In this document: in pieces, positions 61,176 to 64,000 of the stretch
Position numbering within the stretch: the stretch's first letter is position 1
How the letters are laid out: each line of letters starts with the position of its first letter
Assembly (NCBI GenBank): GCA_965243135.1
Contig: OZ251539.1
Location: 4,032,001-4,096,000, forward strand
From: Alphaproteobacteria bacterium
GTDB lineage: Bacteria > Pseudomonadota > Alphaproteobacteria > MPNO01 > UBA830
Direction: 5' to 3'
DNA: 64,000 nucleotides
Translations under genes and position numbers: made by a program
Notes under the pieces: generated by a model
Databases searched by the model: none
Seen by the model: the letters and a program-made list of their open reading frames with translations, nothing else
What the model was told of the DNA's origin: nothing

Positions 61176-62174
61176 ATGAAGCCGCCGCCGCCCGTTCGAA
61201 GCGTCGCGGGATGGCTGTTCCTTTGCAGCGCCCTCGTATTCGCGATGGTGCTCTTGGGCGGCGCGACGCGCCTCACGGAATCCGGATTGTCGATGGTCAC
61301 CTGGAGGCCGGTGACGGGATGGCTTCCTCCTCTCGGAGACCGGGATTGGGCTGTCCTGTTCGACGCCTATCGCGAAACCCCGGAGTTCCGACGCCTTAAT
61401 TTCTGGATGACGGTGGAAGACTTCAAGCGCATATTCTGGCTGGAGTACCTTCACCGGCTGCTGGGCCGCGTCGTCGGCCTCGTCTACGCCTTGCCGCTCT
61501 TCTGGTTCGCCGCGCGCTACCGGCTGCCCGGCCGCCTCGCCGCCCGGCTCGTGTTTCTGCTCGCGTTGGGCGCGGCGCAAGGCGCGCTCGGCTGGTACAT
61601 GGTCAAATCCGGCCTCGTCGACCGGCCGTCCGTCAGCCAGTACCGGCTTGCGGCGCATCTGGGCCTCGCGGTGGCGATATACGGCATGCTGCTGCATACC
61701 GCGCTCGGATTGAGGTCCCGCCGCCCCTCCGGGAGCCGGGCCGCGCTGCCCGTCGCCGCCCTGACGTTCGTCACGATGATCTGGGGAGCGTTTCTGGCCG
61801 GCCTCGACGGCGGAAGCGTCTACAACACCTTCCCCCTGATGGAGGGCGAACTGATTCCGCCGGAAGCGGCCTCCATGTCGCCGCCCTGGCGCAATCTCTT
61901 CGAAAACGTCGCCGCAGTGCAGTTCCTGCACCGCGCATTGGCGGTCCTCGCCGTCCTCGCCGCGCTGGCGGCGTGGTGTAGGATTCGCACCGCCGTTTTC
62001 GCCGTTGCGGCGGCGTTCGCGGTCGCCCAGTTCGCGCTCGGCGCCGCGACGATTCTGACGGGCGCGCCGCCGGCGCTGGCATGGATGCATCAAGCGGGCG
62101 CCATGTTTCTCTTCTCGGCGGCCGTTTGGGCCTGGCCTCGCGGCCGGCTTGACGGCCTCCGCGCCTCCCGCTAG
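61176..62174 (+). CDS. ctaA: Heme A synthase (COX15/CtaA)
   Basis: GGATRLTESGLSM, FWLEYLHRLLGR, QGALGWYMVKSGL, VSQYRLAAHL, QFLHR, HQ. Confidence 0.93.
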   Translation: MKPPPPVRSVAGWLFLCSALVFAMVLLGGATRLTESGLSMVTWRPVTGWLPPLGDRDWAVLFDAYRETPEFRRLNFWMTVEDFKRIFWLEYLHRLLGRVVGLVYALPLFWFAARYRLPGRLAARLVFLLALGAAQGALGWYMVKSGLVDRPSVSQYRLAAHLGLAVAIYGMLLHTALGLRSRRPSGSRAALPVAALTFVTMIWGAFLAGLDGGSVYNTFPLMEGELIPPEAASMSPPWRNLFENVAAVQFLHRALAVLAVLAALAAWCRIRTAVFAVAAAFAVAQFALGAATILTGAPPALAWMHQAGAMFLFSAAVWAWPRGRLDGLRASR

Positions 62175-62180
62175 AAAGGT

Positions 62181-62243
62181 TTCGTGGCGATTTGCTCCGA
62201 CCGGCTTGCGGCCACGTTAAAGAAATCCGCTAAAAGGTCGGCG
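62181..62243 (+). promoter_or_regulatory. SAM-alpha (SAM-II class) riboswitch
   Basis: CGTGGCGATTTG..CCGGCTTGCGGCCACGTTAAAGAAATCCGCTAAAAGG upstream of metZ, matching the known pattern and gene context. Confidence 0.85.
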
Positions 62244-62306
62244 GTTTCCCAGAGATCCCGGCCGGCCGGGGCGCATCGCGGGCGCGCAGCCCGGGGGAAC
62301 GGCAGC

Positions 62307-63503
62307 ATGACGATCAACAAACCCGTTCAGAGCGGTTGGCGGCCTCAGACTCTCGCCGTGCGCGGCGGGACGAGGCGCAGCGGGTTCGGCGAAACGAGCG
62401 AGGCGATCTTCGCGACGTCCGGGTACGTCTACGAGTATGCGGAACAGGCCGAGGACGCCTTCAAGGACCGGATCGACCGGTTCGTCTATTCGCGCTTCTC
62501 CAATCCGACGGTCGATATGTTCCAGGAGCGCATGGCGCTGATCGAGGGAGCCGAAGCCGGCAAGGCCGCCGCCACGGGCATGGCGGCGGTCTTCGCCTCG
62601 ATGGCCTGCATGGTGGAAGCGGGAGACCATGTCGTCGGCAGCCGCGCGCTGTTCGGTTCCTGCCTCCACATCCTGACCCAAATCCTGCCGCGCTTCGGAG
62701 TCGAGACGACCATCGTCGACGGCACGGATCTCGACCAGTGGGCGGACGCCCTCAAGCGCCCGACCAGATGCGTGTTCATCGAAACGCCGTCCAACCCGGG
62801 ACTCGACATCGTCGACATCCGGGCGGTATCCGCCCTCGCCCACGAGGCCGGCGCCAAGGTGATCGTCGACAACGTGTTCGCTTCGCCCCTTCTGCAGAAG
62901 CCGCTGAAGCTCGGCGCCGACATCGTCGTCTATTCGGCGACCAAGCACATAGACGGGCAGGGACGGTGCCTCGGAGGCATCGTCCTCGGAGACGCGGACT
63001 ACTGCGAGAACGCCCTCAAGCCGTTCCTCCGCCATACCGGTCCGGCGCTCAGCCCCTTCAACGCCTGGGTGATGCTGAAGGGACTCGAGACCCTGGACAT
63101 CCGCATCGAACGGCACTGCCGGAACGCGCGCGGGATCGCGGATTACCTGGCCGGCCGCGGCGACCTCCTGAAAGTGCGCTATCCCGGGCGTCCCGACCAT
63201 CCGCAGCACGGCCTGGCGGCGGCGCAGATGTCGGAGTTCGGGAACATCGTCTCCTTCTCGCTGGAAGGCGGCAAGCGACGCGCCTTCCGCTTCATGAACG
63301 CGCTCGACATGATCGACATTTCCAACAACCTCGGGGACTCCAAGAGCCTGTTGACGCATCCGGCGACCACGACGCACCAGCGGCTGTCCCCGGAAGACCG
63401 CGAACGGCTCGGTATCGACGACGGCATGGTTCGGCTTTCCGTAGGCCTCGAGGATCCGGAGGACGTGAAGGACGATCTCGACCGCGCGCTCGCGGCGGCC
63501 TGA
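62307..63503 (+). CDS. metZ: O-succinylhomoserine sulfhydrylase
   Basis: ETSEAIF.TSGYVY, YSRFSNPTV, ETPSNP, YSATKHIDGQGR, ISNNLGDSKSL.THPATTTH. Confidence 0.95.
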   Translation: MTINKPVQSGWRPQTLAVRGGTRRSGFGETSEAIFATSGYVYEYAEQAEDAFKDRIDRFVYSRFSNPTVDMFQERMALIEGAEAGKAAATGMAAVFASMACMVEAGDHVVGSRALFGSCLHILTQILPRFGVETTIVDGTDLDQWADALKRPTRCVFIETPSNPGLDIVDIRAVSALAHEAGAKVIVDNVFASPLLQKPLKLGADIVVYSATKHIDGQGRCLGGIVLGDADYCENALKPFLRHTGPALSPFNAWVMLKGLETLDIRIERHCRNARGIADYLAGRGDLLKVRYPGRPDHPQHGLAAAQMSEFGNIVSFSLEGGKRRAFRFMNALDMIDISNNLGDSKSLLTHPATTTHQRLSPEDRERLGIDDGMVRLSVGLEDPEDVKDDLDRALAAA

Positions 63504-63575
63504 ACGGGCGGCGTGCTTCCCGTCGCCGGCGATTAAAGGCTACACTGCGCGTCCAGCAACAATCGGGTTACGACG

Positions 63576-63962
63576 ATGTACTCAGCCACCACCCGCGACA
63601 TCCTCGTCGAAGTGCAACCGGTCTTCATCGAAAGCCGGTCGGAACCCGGGCAGTACTTCTGGGCCTACAAAGTCCGCATCGCGAACGGCGGCTCCGAAAC
63701 GGTCCAGCTGATCTCCCGCTACTGGCACATCACCGACGGAATCGGCCGCGTGCAGGAAGTCCGCGGCGCGGGCGTGGTCGGCGAGCAACCGGTCATCGAT
63801 CCCGGCGAAGACTACGAGTATGCGAGCGGAACGCCGTTGCCGACGCCTTCGGGGATAATGCGCGGCAACTACCAGATGCGAACCTCGTCCGGCGAAAGCT
63901 TCGAAATCGAGATTCCGGCGTTTTCCCTGGACAGTCCGCACGAGGCGCGCAAGCTGAACTGA
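63576..63962 (+). CDS. apaG: ApaG protein
   Basis: [40 protein letters not shown]. Confidence 0.96.
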   Translation: MYSATTRDILVEVQPVFIESRSEPGQYFWAYKVRIANGGSETVQLISRYWHITDGIGRVQEVRGAGVVGEQPVIDPGEDYEYASGTPLPTPSGIMRGNYQMRTSSGESFEIEIPAFSLDSPHEARKLN

Positions 63963-63963
63963 C

Positions 63964-64000
63964 GTGCTCGACTTCCGGCCGATTCTCTACGTCGCCGGCA
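63964..64000 (+). CDS. Start of a membrane protein, possibly TrkH potassium uptake protein (truncated by window edge)
   Basis: GTG-LDFRPILYVAG resembles alphaproteobacterial TrkH N-termini; only 12 codons visible. Confidence 0.4.
   Translation, partial: MLDFRPILYVAG

Overview
GC-rich alphaproteobacterial chromosome segment (porin type, phaR, SAM-alpha riboswitch, carD-fdxA and ROSE-type hsp20 leader all fit Alphaproteobacteria; finer taxonomy cannot be read from the window). Three parts. (1) An accessory surface-variation region, about 3.8-19.4 kb. Two paralogous porin genes point away from each other, share a 107-bp near-identical inverted repeat over the 5' UTR and signal peptide, and enclose two intact tyrosine recombinases: a candidate invertible porin switch. 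Next come an autotransporter with a C14 tract in its 5' coding region and a tandem triplication of a small membrane-anchored coiled-coil gene of variable repeat length, interrupted by a dead group II intron and an ISAzo13-type IS. (2) A decaying accessory zone, about 19.5-30 kb (orphan Rieske oxygenase, broken toxin-antitoxin loci, IS remnant, AAA/PD-(D/E)XK gene, phaR, Rpn), followed by core genes (glcB, putative oxalate-CoA ligase and panE2, tRNA-Arg(CCT), pip, M48 protease, carD, fdxA, helicase). (3) An Ssp-type DNA phosphorothioation locus (sspA/B/C/D-like, 48.2-54.6 kb). It has no sspE; instead an SF2 helicase, a GHKL/MORC-like ATPase and a PLD nuclease follow in the same operon, and a C17 tract puts sspC out of frame. 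The window ends with clpS, ctaA, SAM riboswitch-metZ and apaG. All calls come from reading the sequence and ORF track; no searches were run.
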